From Geosiphon pyriformis uo1 (lineage: Eukaryota; Fungi; Glomeromycota): a DNA stretch of 64,000 bases. This document shows positions 1 to 12,629 of this stretch, piece by piece. Numbering within the stretch: position 1 is the first letter of the stretch; each line of letters starts with the position of its first letter. The stretch covers positions 310,001 to 374,000 of the forward strand of contig JAAOMT010000352.1 in NCBI GenBank assembly GCA_016748015.1, read 5' to 3'. The notes below the pieces were generated by a model that ran no database searches, was not told where the DNA came from, and saw nothing but the letters and a program-made list of their open reading frames with translations. Made by a program: the position numbers and the translations under genes.

Positions 1-1565
1 CAATATTCATGGAGAGTATAGAAAACATTTTGAATGTTTTGATTCAGAAATAATTGTTCATGTCAATTAAAGATACCTCTGTTTTGGGAATGGTGCATTT
101 ATTTATACTTAATTTTTGCTGATTATTTGGATCAGTATTACTATAATAGGCAATCAATCAAGTTATTTATAATATTTCTTGAGTTGTGTACTATAAACAA
201 GATGATCATTAAAGATTGTTCTATATTGATCTTAAAGAATATAAGAATTATTGTTCAAAACTTTGTTGACTATAAAAAGTTCTTTCCATTGGTTAGAAAA
301 TTTATTATTATAGACATTGTCTTTGTTTAAATGGTATTTTAATATCAAGTCACCAATACTTAAAGAAAATGTTTTATAGGTTTTTTTTTCTTAAGCTTTT
401 TTTGGAACTGTTTTATCTTTTCAAAAGCAATTATTTGTGTTTCTACCAAGAAGTTAAAAATAGTACCAAGTTTTTTTTGCAAAATGTCTTTGTAATTTTC
501 TATTGTAATTTTTTCAAAAGATATTGTCTTAATGTCAATATTTATTAGTAGTGTTGCCATGTATTCATAGAACAAATAAAAAAGTTCATAACTTGTTATG
601 TCATAATTTACAGTTCTATAAGCAAACAAAGCTGAAAACAGTACTTTGTCTTATATATTTGTTTTTTTACTGGTTTTGGCTAAAGTTTCACATAGTGTTT
701 TATTGAAAAGATAATGTATTCTTATTTTTCTACAAAGTATTTTAACCAGTGTACTGATAAAAGCTTTTTCTCTATCAAATAAATTGTTCTTTGGGACAGC
801 CATGATAGCAGATGATATCTTTATAAATAAAATTGGCTATTGAGACTGCTGTTTGGTTTGGAGTGGTTCTTGTTTCTACCCACTTTGTAAGATAGTTGGT
901 AGCTGTGATAATATATCTGTTGCCATCAGGAGTTATTGTTAAAAGTCCAACAACATCTATACCAATTCTGTCAAATGGTTAACCAACAGAGATTGGATGG
1001 TATTACTGGAGGTTTTTGGTCTCTTTTCTTGAATGTTGTTAATGCTGATTTGCTGTAAATTCACATTCTCAGGAAGTAGTTGGACCTCCAGTAACTGAAT
1101 TTATCTTCAAATTATTTCCTATAATTTGAACTACTGGACTTATAAGTGGAATGGCCAGTTATTTTATGTAGTTACGTTGTAGTAAATATCAACTTTTTTC
1201 CAGGAATTGCTTATCTGGAAGCTTACTAAAATGTGTAGTTACTTTGCTGTAAAAGTCAACTCTTCTACAGGAATTTCATCTGTAGACTACTCTAATAATT
1301 ATAATAAGAAAAGAAAGAAAAATAAAAGAAATGTAAAAGAAATAGAATTCTAACAAGGGAAACATTTTCTATCCAGGCCTGGAATTACTAACAAATTACT
1401 GAAATTGGTAGCTAATCAATTTCGAAATGTTAGTTGTGTTAAAAGAATTTCAAGTGCAATAATCAAAGAATTTGGTTTTCGAATATTTAATTTTTATTTG
1501 AATGTGTAAAAGATGATTTGTTTCAATTAAGATATCTAAAGTAAAGTACTATGATAAGATACTAT

Positions 1566-2233
1566 TGTTATGATTGAAACCTATACTTCTTATTAATTAT
1601 CATATATATTAGTCATTGATATCACATAAATTAGCCACTCTATTTTTAGAAAATAATCATTGATCTGATCATTGACCTAGTCATTAATCTGATCATTGAT
1701 CACTTTTGACAGCTATATAAGCAATGAATCTTTTAATTGTAAAAAACATTAAAAAATCAAGAAAATCAAATAAATAAAATAACAACTTTCATTTTAATCT
1801 TTCTCTTATCACTAATTTCCCTTTCCTTACCTTCAAGTATCTGAACATCTTAAAAGATAAAAGATTATTTGTTGACATTTACCTACACTTTTTCTGAAAT
1901 ATATAAGTGTAGCATTTAAAGATTATTGAATAAAATGTGACTAAAGAGCACATCTGATACTTGATATTGAATTCTAAGAGTGCCAACATGAGACATAGAA
2001 TTATACCAAGTGTGATTATTTGTTAACAGTATGAACTATCCTTTTACCTTCAGATTCTCTGGTTACCCTTTGAAAAGAATAGTGACTAAAATATTTTATG
2101 AGACTAATCTCACACATTGAATCCATACTTATTCAATTTGCTCTTTGAAGTTGAATTCCCTTTAATTATTTCCATCACTCTACAATCTTGTTCTCCCTTG
2201 CTATCCATTAGCTTGTTACTTCAACCTATAACA
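1566..2233 (+). repeat. 5' LTR of A1 (668 bp)
   Basis: Direct repeat of 9356-10024; 12-bp repeat array at ~1656-1702; TATATAA at 1714-1720. Confidence 0.95.
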
Positions 2234-2239
2234 TAAAAG

Positions 2240-2256
2240 TGGTGCTCCCTGTGAGG
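2240..2256 (+). promoter_or_regulatory. Primer-binding site TGGTGCTCCCTGTGAGG (tRNA-Ile(UAU)-like)
   Basis: Lies 6 nt after the LTR and starts with TGG. Resembles the complement of eukaryotic tRNA-Ile(UAU) 3' ends (...CCUCACNNGGAGCACCA). Confidence 0.75.
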
Positions 2257-2285
2257 TTATCAAATTCCACTTTGTTTCCTATTGT

Positions 2286-3838
2286 ATAAGTGATTATTCA
2301 TACCTGCCACAACAATCAAAAGAACATTTTGAAGCATACAACAAAAACAATCTAAACTTTATTGAACTTAATCCTTTGCCCTCCTGCTTGATTTGCTTCC
2401 CCATTGAAAAACAATCCAGCAGACAATTCCAAGACTTTTAGAACTGGTTCCTGAATGAGCATTCAGCTGAAACTTATACAGCTTATACAATCTATTACTT
2501 TGACCAAGCTTATTTTGAAGACAATGTTAAAGAAAGAAACAACAATATTAATCAGCTCTTATATTCTACAACCTTTAAACAACAGTCTCCTAATTTCGAA
2601 TATCTGAATCATTAAATCCACATTTGGATTGCTGCCCATCAATCAACTAAAACTCTTCTTGAAACAGAAGAAAAAAGTTATCAAACCACTTTTGTTTTTG
2701 ATCTTTTTTCAAGTAAATCAGAACACTCCACACAAACAGTTATATCTGAACCAATGACTTAAGATCCCCTGCAACAAAACATTCTGATCGCTCTCCAAAG
2801 TATACAGACTGCTTTAGGGCAAAGAAACAACACCTCATTACCATTATTCAGAAATGATGCCTAAGATCCAATTGAATGATTGGATGATTTTGAGAGAGCT
2901 GTCACAGAAACCAATATGATAATGAATACAAGTTCCAAATTGTTGGTGGCTACCTCCAAGGCTCTTCTGTCACTTGGTTTTTACAAAAAACCAATGCCAA
3001 TGCTCAGCAAAAAATTATTAGATAGGCACCAGCAAATGCTGAAGAAGACAACATCTCTTTTACTATCCAGTTTGAAATAAAATTTAGAACTCCTATCTTA
3101 ATATCCAAATGGCATATGGAATTAGAAAGAAGAACTCAAGACTCTGGTGAGGTTGTGACAGAATATGCCAAAGCAATAAAAAAACTCATTAAACAGATAA
3201 ACTTTGGAAAAAATTAGACAGAAAAACAGAAAATACATTCTTTCATAAAAGGACTAAGAATTAATCTATCATATGTTTTTTGGCCCCTCCTGGCCCTAAA
3301 AGATAATTTCACAATGGATATGGCCATTAAACTTGCCCAGAGAATAGAAGACAACCAAAGAATACATCTAGGATTTACTCTTTTAGTTTTTGCTCCTGCT
3401 CTTGCCATGGCTCCAGCTTCACAAATAGCTGCTGCCTCTTTTGTCACTTACACTTAAGATCCCAATGAACAATTAATAGACAGACTTACTACTAACCTTG
3501 CTCGGCTATTAAAACCATTAGCCCAAGCAGTTAGAGACAACCAGCAATCCCAAAGACCCAGATTTGAACTCCGCTTTAATTAGCACCAACAACCACCATA
3601 TCAAAGACAACAAAATCATGGTCCATCTGTGTATTATCATTGTGGACTAACTGAACACTTTTCCAGAGACTGCAACAATCCTCCATTGCCCTCTTCAGTT
3701 CTTAGAAATCATGATACCCAGAATAACAGATCCAACAATAATAATGTTCCTAATCAAAGATCCAATCATGCCAACATTAATTTCTTTGAAGAGGATCCCC
3801 TAGTTGAAGCCACTGTTTATCAGCCTTTAAACTGGTAA
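2286..3838 (+). pseudogene. A1 gag (N-terminal domain, capsid, CCHC knuckle)
   Basis: Capsid-like WLDDFERA...; knuckle (C>Y)YHCGLTEHFSRDC at ~3630; many stops consistent with C>T/G>A changes. Confidence 0.85.
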
Positions 3839-3865
3839 GCGCACCTTCAAAGGGTGAGAGTGCAA
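3826..3865 (+). promoter_or_regulatory. -1 programmed ribosomal frameshift signal T_TTA_AAC plus downstream hairpin
   Basis: Heptamer in the correct gag phase, one codon before the gag stop. The -1 frame reads LVSAPSKGESASQ into pol. Conserved in A0 (~23396-23402) and A00 (~27633-27639). Confidence 0.8.
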
Positions 3866-6512
3866 GCCAATCAGAAGAAAACCTCTTTTATGTTTTTAAC
3901 CTAACTGATGATAATCATAATATAAATGAACTAGCAATCAACACCTCTAAATTAACCAGAAAAAAAAAAAAGCCAAGGTTGATTTCGTCTTGGACTCAAA
4001 CAAAGCATCCAAATCAATTGCTGATAACAATGAGCCACCAAAGGCCAAAGTTTTCAAGAATCCTCCAAAGTTGGAACCCCCAGAAATAGTACAAAAATTC
4101 GGCCCTTATTCTGTTGTCAAAGATCTCATAGAAACTCCAGTTCACATTACTTTTGGCTAATTAATGACCCATCCTCAATTCAGAAAAGACCTCCACAAAT
4201 TACTAATTCCAAAGAAAAAAACACCAAAGACCAACAAGTGTCCACACCAAGCTGAACTTGCTGACAACAGTAATGTTATCTCTCTCATCTGTAAAGCCCA
4301 AGTGGCTGGTTACTTTATTGATCTGATCCTGGACAGTGGATCATTTGTTAGCATCATTGCCAAACACTTTTTAGAAGCAATTGGCAAAAAAATTGATGAA
4401 CCTTCTACACAATTAATGACCAATATACATGGTAATAAAAAAAAAGGTTTGGGCATAGCCAAAGCCATTCCTGTTTGCATTAATGGCATCAGTATTAAAA
4501 CAAATATGGAAGTTTCTGAAGCTAAAGAATACCATCATAGTTGACAATAAGTGGCTTAAGAAAGCCAAAGCACTACTTGACTATGAACTTTGTAAGTTAA
4601 CCATTAGATGTGGTGAAAAATCCATTGTGGTTAAATGTCATTATTGGACAACTCCTCCAGTAACCAAACAGAACCAAGAAGAAGAACAATCAAATGAATC
4701 AGATGATGATGAGAGTGATGATAAAAATCAAAAAGAACAAGAAGAAACTGCTGAACTTGCTTATACTATTTTTACCAGCAATAGCAAGCCACTAGACAAC
4801 GTTAAAGCTAACAAAGAAAAAATCATAATAAATGGCAAGCTGATCTGCTGGCCCTACTATGATATCTTCAAAAGAACCTTTGACAAAAAACCTGGCAAGA
4901 AAGCAAAATACAGTTATTGGTGGCATGGCCCTTGTGCCAGATGCTGGTGCAACAAACTTTTTATTCCCTTAGTGATAAAGGCAAGTCCTGCCTAATCTAT
5001 TACAAAGATTGGGAACCAATTAGCTTGATACTTCAAGAAGAACTTAAAGAAGTACAAAAGTCCTTTGAGAATGAACCACCTGAAATCCAATCACTAGCTA
5101 TAGAACAAAGAAAACCTTCTTCTGAAGAAAGAAAAGTGGACATCAAAAATCTATTGGCTAGAAATAGCCCAGTTATCTCAAAAGAAAGTAACACCTCTAG
5201 ATGAACTCATATGATACAACACACTATTACCATCAAAGAAACTCACTCCATCCATTTGAAGCCTTATCAATCCAATTAATGCAATGATGAGTTTATCAAA
5301 AAAGAGAAAAACCAGATGAAAGATCTTGGATTCATACAAGAAACCAAGAGTGAATAGACTTTTCCAGTCGTAGTGCTATCCAAGAAAAGTAGAACTCTAG
5401 ACTTCTGTGTTAACTACCACTAATTAAATGCCATCACTATAAGAGACATGTATCTACTTCTCAAGATTGATGCAATGCTAGATAAATTCAATAGTGCTGC
5501 TTTCTTCTCAACCATCAACTTAACTGCTGGATTCTGGCAAGTAGAGATGGATCCAGAAAGCAGAAAAAAAACTGCCTTCATTACCAAATATGGCACCTAT
5601 GAATTCACAGTCATGTCTTTTGGTCTTACCAATGCTCCTTTCACTTTTTAATGCCTAATGGATAAAGTGTTTAAATCAGTAAAAAAAAACTTTGTTCTGG
5701 TTTACTTGGATAACATAATAGTATATTCAAAAACATAGGATGAACACCTTGAACATTTACAGAAGGTTTTTGACCTGCTCAAAAATGCTGATCTTAAAAT
5801 CAACCCAATTAAATCTTTCTTTGGAAGCCAATCCACCCAGTTCCTTGGTCATCTTATTACAAAAAATGGAATCTTCTCTGACCCAGCTAAAGTTGAAAAA
5901 GTTCAGAACATTAGACAACCAATAAATATTCCTAAACTATGCTCTTTTCTTGGTTTGGCCTCTTACTATTGCAAATTCATCAAAAATCTCTCTAAAATCG
6001 CCTTTCCTCTCAATCAGCTACTCAGGAAAAATGTCAATTATCACTGGGGCACTCATCAACAAAAAGCTTTCGAAATTCTAAAGAAAAAACTTGTTACTGA
6101 ACCAATTCTCAAGCAACCTGATTTGGACCAATCTTTCATCCTCCACACTGATACATCTGGCTATGGACTTGGTGCTGTCCTTTTACAGAAAGATGAAAAT
6201 GGCAGAAAACATGTCATAGCATATGCCAGTAGATCCTTTACACCAGCAGAAAAGAACTATTCAGTTACTGAACAGGAATGCTTAGCAGTAGTTTGGGTTA
6301 CTAGTTACTGGAATCAATATCTTCTTGGTGCAAAATTCTTAATGATAACAGATCATCAAGTCTTGGTTTGGCTGTGCAATAAAAAGAATCTGGAACACAA
6401 ACAAATAACTTACTGGATACTCTATTTGAATAAATTCGACTATGATATTCAACACCACAAAGGAGCAAATTATCAAAATGCTGACACTCTTTCTAGACTT
6501 ACCATTCAGTGA
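3832..6512 (+). pseudogene. A1 pol: protease, small Cys motif, RT, RNase H (ends TGA TAG)
   Basis: LILDSGS protease; VYLDNI (YLDD) RT; FILHTDTSGYGLGAVL...NYSVTEQECLAVV RNase H; NADTLSR end. Confidence 0.9.
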
Positions 6513-6570
6513 TAGTACAACTTTCCAAACCAAACCAACTTAATTATTAGTAACTCCTTCACAACCAAAC

Positions 6571-7890
6571 ATGATAATGGACTTGGACAACTACTCTGCC
6601 TTAATAGAATTTTTGGGTAAAGGACAATACCCACCAGAATACACTTGACAGCAAAGAGAACATTTGCACAAGCAATCAAATTTCTATTTGATTTGCTAGA
6701 ACCAATTATATAAAAGAAACAAAAAAGATCTTGACTGCCCTCAGAGAGTCATCAAATTTAAAGAAAGAAAAATTGTGATATACAACATGCACACAGACCC
6801 TTTAGCTGGACACTTTGGAAAAACAAAAACAATTCAGAAAACTTTAGCTCACTATTATTAGCCTACCTTGAAAAAAGACATTGCTTTGTACATAAAAACC
6901 TGTGATATCTGCCAAAGAAGAGGAAAACCCAATTGTAAAGAAGATATCCATCCAATCTCTGTTGGTCAACCATTTGACAGAATTGATATAGATGTTGTTA
7001 GACCCTTAACAATAATTCCTGATGGCAACAGATACATTATCACAGCTATTGACTATCTTACAAAGTGGGTAGAAGTAAAAGCCACTCCAGACCAAAAAGC
7101 AGTCTCAATAGCTAATTTTATTTATGAAAATATCATCTGCCATCATGGCTGTCCCAAAAAACTCTTATCTAATAGAGAAAGAGCTTTTTTCAGTACACTG
7201 GTTGAAGAACTTTGTAGAAAAATGGGAATACATTATAAATTTTTCTCTCTTTATTACCCCTAAACAAATGGTCTAGTGGAATATTTCAATAAAACACTAT
7301 GTAAAACTCTAGCCAAAACCAGTAAAAAAACAAACTTATGAGACAAAATACTGCCTTCAGCTTTGTTTGCTTATAGAACTGTGAATCATAACATAACAAG
7401 TTATGAACCTTTTTATCTGCTCTATGAATGCATAGCAACACTACCAATAGAAACTAATATTGAAACAATACTCTTTAAAGAGATTACAATAGGAAATTAC
7501 AAAGACATTTTGCAAAAAAAACTTGGTACTATTCTTAACTCCTTGGTAGAAGCATAAATAATTGCTTTTGAAAAGATAAAACAGTTCCAAGAAAAGCTTA
7601 AGAGAAAGAAAACCTATAAAACACTTTTTTTAAGTGTTGGTAACTTGGTACTAAAATACTGTTCAGACAGAGACAATGTTTATAATGATAAATTTTTTAG
7701 TTGATGGAAAAGATCTTTTATAGTCAACAAAGTTTTAAACAATGGTTCTTATATTTTTCAAGATCAATTCAGAACAATTTTCAATGATTGTCCTATCCAT
7801 GGTACACGACTCAAAAAATATTATAAACGACCTGATTGGCTGTTTGTTGTGATAATACTAACCCAAATGATCAGCAAAAATCAAGTGTAA
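6571..7890 (+). pseudogene. A1 integrase, separate ORF with its own ATG
   Basis: H-H-C-C zinc finger (MHTDPLAGHFG...TCDICQR); DDE core PFDRIDIDVV / AIDYLTKWVE; GPF-like C-terminus; no chromodomain; no net frameshift from ATG 6577 to TAA 7888-7890. Confidence 0.88.
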
Positions 7891-7931
7891 ATAAATGCAC
7901 TATTCTCAAAACAGAGATATCTTCAATTGAC

Positions 7932-9355
7932 ATAAACAATTATTTTCTGAATCAAAACATTCAAAATGCCTTCTATACTCTCCATGAGTATTGGATCAAA
8001 AACTATCCAAATGTTACTTTGACCATTGGAAAACAAACCACCATAACTAATAACAGTGGAATACATACTGTTATTAGACCAAAGAAAACTACTACCAGAA
8101 GAGAAAAAATTGGTAGCAAAATGAATAAATATCTATTGAAAAGTATAACAGCAGCTATACTCCTACCTTCCAATACAATTGGAAAAACACTCCAGAAAAT
8201 TTTATCCATAGACAAAAACTTGTTATATGGAAGGCAATTAAAGCTTTATGGTGTTACGTTGTAGTAAACATCAACTCTTTCCCAGGAATTGTTCATCTGG
8301 AAGCTCACTAAAAATGTGTAGTTATTTTGTTGTGAAAGTCAACTCTTCTACAGGAATCTTGTTTGTAGGCTACCCTAATGATTGTAATAAGAAAATAAAA
8401 GAAAAATAAAAGAAATATAAAAGAAATAAAATTTCTGTCAAGGGAACGTTTTCTATCCAGGCCTGGAGTCACTAACAGTTTACTGAAATTGGTAGCTAAT
8501 CAATTTCAAACTGTTTAGTAGGAATTAGTTAATTTCAAAAGTGAAATAATTCAGGATTTGATTTTTCGAATTATTTGATATTTATTTCATTTTTGTGTGT
8601 AAAGGATGATTCTAATTGTTAAAATCTAAAGTAAGATATATTTTCTTGAAGAAAAAAGCTCTTCTTTTATCCAACTTGTCGTAACACTATTCTATGAACT
8701 TGAACTTTGCTATTTTCTACAATTTTGCTGAACTAAAGATACATTTTGATGAACTACAAGTTATTTCTGCAAACTATTAAATATTTCGGTGAACTATCAA
8801 TTATTTTGGCGAATTTCTATAAATTTCGGTGAACTTTTAAATGTTACATAGTTCGGGATATTGCATGATTGATCATCGCAATTAGGTTACATTTGTGTTG
8901 TGTACAATTTGGGTTATTAATTAAATGATAATTTCGGACATTTTTTGCTAATGTAATAAGTGATAATTTGAAACGATGCTAATTAATAATAGGAATTATA
9001 AGATAATTTTATGCTAAATAATATCTCTAATTTCATTTGGTAACAATGGTTACCTTGATAAAATCATAGAGGATATGAAACTTATGAAGAAAACAACTTT
9101 AAAGATACAGGCAGAAATTTTGGGCATTATATGGTTAAATGTTTTAAGAGTTTTAATTATTGCTAAAAAAGCCAAAACTCTAATACAAAAATTTGGTCTC
9201 TTGAATACAAAACTCATTTTGCCTCAAGTGTTATATATCTTATCCACAAAAGACTTTAACAAACTAGTTAGCTTTGAGTTAGATAAAACTTTTCCAATAG
9301 ATTACACAATAAATAGCTTGATTTTGCTGGAGCTCAATCTCTTTGGAGAGGATAA
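7932..9355 (+). pseudogene. A1 ORF3 (non-env accessory ORF), interrupted by a solo LTR
   Basis: The frame continues across the solo LTR (..QLKLYG|YLDKIIEDMKL..). Start is ATA here but ATG in A0 (complement at 59-61). Confidence 0.7.
8252..9045 (-). mobile_element. Solo LTR of family B, U5-shortened variant
   Basis: Homologous to B LTRs; TGTTAC...GGTAACA ends; perfect TSD ATGG at 8248-8251 and 9046-9049; lacks ~165 bp at one end. Confidence 0.9.
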
Positions 9356-10024
9356 TGTTACAGTTGAAATCTATACTTTTTATTAATTATTACATTTATT
9401 AGCCATTGATGTCACATAAATTAGTCACTCTATTTTTAGAAATTGATCATTGACTTGATCAATGATCTGACTGTTAACCTGATCATTAATCACTTTTGAC
9501 AATTATATAAGCAATGAATCTCTTAGCTGTAGAAAAGCATGAAGAAATCAAGAAAATCAAATAAATAAAATAACAACTTTCATTTCAATTTTTCTTTTAT
9601 TGCTAATTTTCCTTTCCTTACCTTTAAGTATCTGAACATCTTAAAAAATAAAAGATTACTTGTTGGCATTTATCTACTCTTTTCCTGAAATGTATAAGTA
9701 TAGCATTTGAAGATTATTGAATAAAACGTGACTGAAGAGCACATCTGATACTTGATATTAAATTCTAAGAGTGTCAATATGAGACATACAATTATACCAA
9801 GTGTAATCATTTGTTGACAGTACAAACTATTTCTCTACCTTCAGATTCCCCAGTTACCCTTTGAAAAAAATAGTAACTAAGATATTTTATGAGATTGATT
9901 TCACACATTGAATCTATACTTATTCAATTCACTCTTTGAAGTTGAATTCCTTTTGATTATTTCCATTACCTTACAATCCTGTTCTCTCTTGCTATCCATT
10001 AGCTTGTTACTCCAACTCGTAACA
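9356..10024 (+). repeat. 3' LTR of A1
   Basis: Direct repeat of 1566-2233, preceded by the PPT. Confidence 0.95.
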
Positions 10025-10431
10025 CTATGAAAAGATATATTTTCTTAAAAAAAGAAGCTCTTCTTTTATACAACTTGTTGTAATACTAGTCTTTAAACTT
10101 GTACTTTTCTCTTTGCTACAATTTGGATGAACTAAAAATACATTTCAGCAAACTACAAGTTATTTCACTAAACTATTGATTATTTCGACCAATTTTTATT
10201 AATTTCAGTGAATTTTGATTATGTTAAATGGTTCAGAGTATTGTGTAATTTGATCATCTTAATTTTTAGAATACAAATCGGATTATTGATTGAGTAATAA
10301 TATTTGATAATTTGATTAAATAATAAGTGATAATCGAAATAATAATAATATATGCTAATTAATAATAGGAATTATGAGGGTAATTTTATGCTAATTGATA
10401 GCTAATTTCTACTAATAACATAATCTCCTCC

Positions 10432-11109
10432 TTAAAACTGAGTTTCATCAAAGTTCAAATACTATCTGTGATGTTAAGATAGTAATTCAAGATAATTGAA
10501 ATAATTTGGTCTGAAAATTGTTGAAATTTCAGTTCTGTGAGTTTTCCAATATATTGAATTTTTATTGGGTGGAGTATTGGATTTTGTAAGACGTTTTTAC
10601 AAGTATTAAATAAATCATAGAGTCTAGATGCTGCTCTAAGTTTGTAATGAGTGTTTTGTTGGTCTGGCTGTTGTCTTGAATTCATTGTGAATTTGTTTTT
10701 GTATAGTCTTAGGAGTAATGTTGGTTGCTTTAAGTTCCAGTTTTTGTTCATAAAGTGTTTTTCCAATATGAAAATATCTATATATAAGAGTATGTTTATT
10801 GTTTTGTTTATTAAGAAATAGTAGAAGTTTTTGTTGAATTGTGGTATTTGGTAGAATGTTAATAGAGGCAATTAAAAAGTTTTCTTTTAGTGCTTGCTTC
10901 AAAAGTTCTGGTAACCTATTTTCAGAGTAACTTCTTGTTTTTTTTCTATAAGGGTAATAGTTCTGAGAATTATTTACTATTGGGGCTGTGGTTTTTTTCT
11001 GAATGTAATTAATTTGACTTCTACTAATTGTTATGGATAAGTCAGGAAGTGTTTTCAAAGCTAACATTAATTTTTAGAATATTTGTTGAATATTTCGGAG
11101 AATAATCAT
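10432..11109 (-). pseudogene. B1 ORF3 (non-env accessory ORF)
   Basis: MIILRNIQQIF*KLMLALKTLPDLSITI... joined by a frameshift to ...LRAASRLYDLF...IGKLTELKFQQF; ends beside the PPT. Confidence 0.7.
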
Positions 11110-11243
11110 AATAAAAAAAGACTAACTAAATAATAAAAGAAAATAAAAAAAATTATTTTTTGGGTGTGGGGCTTTTATTTGTAATTATTTACTATTTTTG
11201 TTTTTGTGTGTTATTAAAAGGATTATTGTAATATTATGTTGAA

Positions 11244-12629
11244 TTAAGTGTTTAAGTTTGGTTGTTGTTCTATTATGATTATTGGTTCTAAATTTCAGAG
11301 AATATCTTCAGGATTAATTAAAGGAGAATATGTACCAATTTGTAGAATTAATGGTTCAAAATTGTTTCTGGAATAATAGTGTTTCAATCTATCTTCATTT
11401 GCAACTTTTGCTAGTATTTTGTTATCAAGTCTTAACTTGTATAATCTATTGTCTAGAATTTCGTGAATATAAAATAGTTCATCTCATTTGTTTTCAAATT
11501 TTCTACTTCATTGTTTTTCAGCCTTAGTTCTGTGTAAGAGAACCTAATTCCCAATTTTAAATTCATTGGTAATTGGTGGCAGTTTGTTGTCATGTCTTTC
11601 TTTTTGTAGAGCTTGAAAGTGTTCAATGTGAGTGGCTACTATGTGTCTCTTTCCTTTCAATGTACTAAGAAAAGTATAGACTCTTCTTTGGAGTATTTCT
11701 TGAAAGTTTTCTTCATTAATTTGTTGTACTGAATATGTTTCCACTGTAAAATTAATTGGTAGTGTTGCTGTTCTTTCATAAGTAAGATCAAATGATGTGT
11801 GTTTTGTAGTATCTTGTTTTAGTGTTCTGTATGCTAATAATACTGATGGAATAAAGATATCCCATTTCTGCTCAAAATCTGTTGAGACTTTGGCTAAAAA
11901 TTTACACAATGTTTTGTTGAAACATTTTACAAATCCATTTGTTTGAGAGTAATAAGGTGATAATAAAGGTCTTTTAACATTGAATTGTTCACAAATTTCT
12001 TGTATCAAGTTGTTCACAAAATGTGTTTCTTGATCTAATAAAAGTTTAATTGAGCATCCATGTCTACAAATAATGTCTTCATAGATGAAATTTATTACTG
12101 ATTTTGCATTTGCTTTTTGGATGGCTCTAGCTTCAGACCATTTGGTAAGATAATCTACTGCAACTGCAACATAATGATTTCTTTGGGTTGTGATAAATAA
12201 TGATCCAACTAAATCAATTCTAACTCTGTTAAAAGGTTGTCCAACTTTAATTGGATTTAAAAGTTCTGTAGAGTGAATTTCTTCTCTTCTTTGACAACTA
12301 TTACAAGATTCTACATATTGTCAAATGTTTTTTTGCATGTAAGGCCAAAAATAATGTTCAAAGATTCTTTGGATTGTTCTATCTTTTTCCAAGTGTGTTG
12401 AAGATAGATCTGTGTGCATGTTGTACAGAATTGTTTCTTTTTCATTTTTCTGTACTAATCTGAGTGGTTGGTTTGGGTTTTTACGATTTTTGTAATAAAT
12501 TTTGTTGTGGTGTATGAAATATTGTTTGAATTGGTATTGTAATCAATGTTTTTCACTTGGAAACCAATTTTCTACCATGGTAAGAGTCTCCAAATAGTTC
12601 TTAAGATTGTTGTAATTTCTGGTATCTAT
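11244..12629 (-). pseudogene. B1 integrase, separate ORF (start ATG apparently mutated to ATA)
   Basis: ILYNMHTD...; SPYYSQTNGFVKCFNKTL; WDIFIPSVLLAYRT motifs. Confidence 0.85.

Larger units (their letters stand above)
1566..10024 (+). mobile_element. Ty3/Gypsy family A full-length copy A1
   Basis: LTRs 1566-2233 and 9356-10024 (TGTTA...TAACA); TSD CTAT at 1562-1565 and 10025-10028; PBS 2240-2256; PPT GGAGAGGATAA 9345-9355; gag, PR, RT, RH and IN motifs present. Confidence 0.95.
1001..10420 (-). repeat. 3' LTR of B1, split by insertion of A1
   Basis: 1001-1565 and 10029-10420 join to match 18324-19281. The empty site AGATACTATGAGAAG is seen at ~18881. Confidence 0.92.

Noticed and set aside
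6509-6550. Intron removing the RNase H stop (GTGATA...TTAG)
   Set aside because: It is 42 nt, a multiple of 3, so it would not reach the IN frame; the AG is also not kept in A0.
7620-7890. Chromodomain at the integrase C-terminus
   Set aside because: Only the GPF/SH3-like region and a short tail are present; there is no YLVKW/WEP-type motif in A, B or C.
7932-9355. ORF3 as an env gene
   Set aside because: Too short, with no signal peptide, transmembrane anchor or furin site visible.
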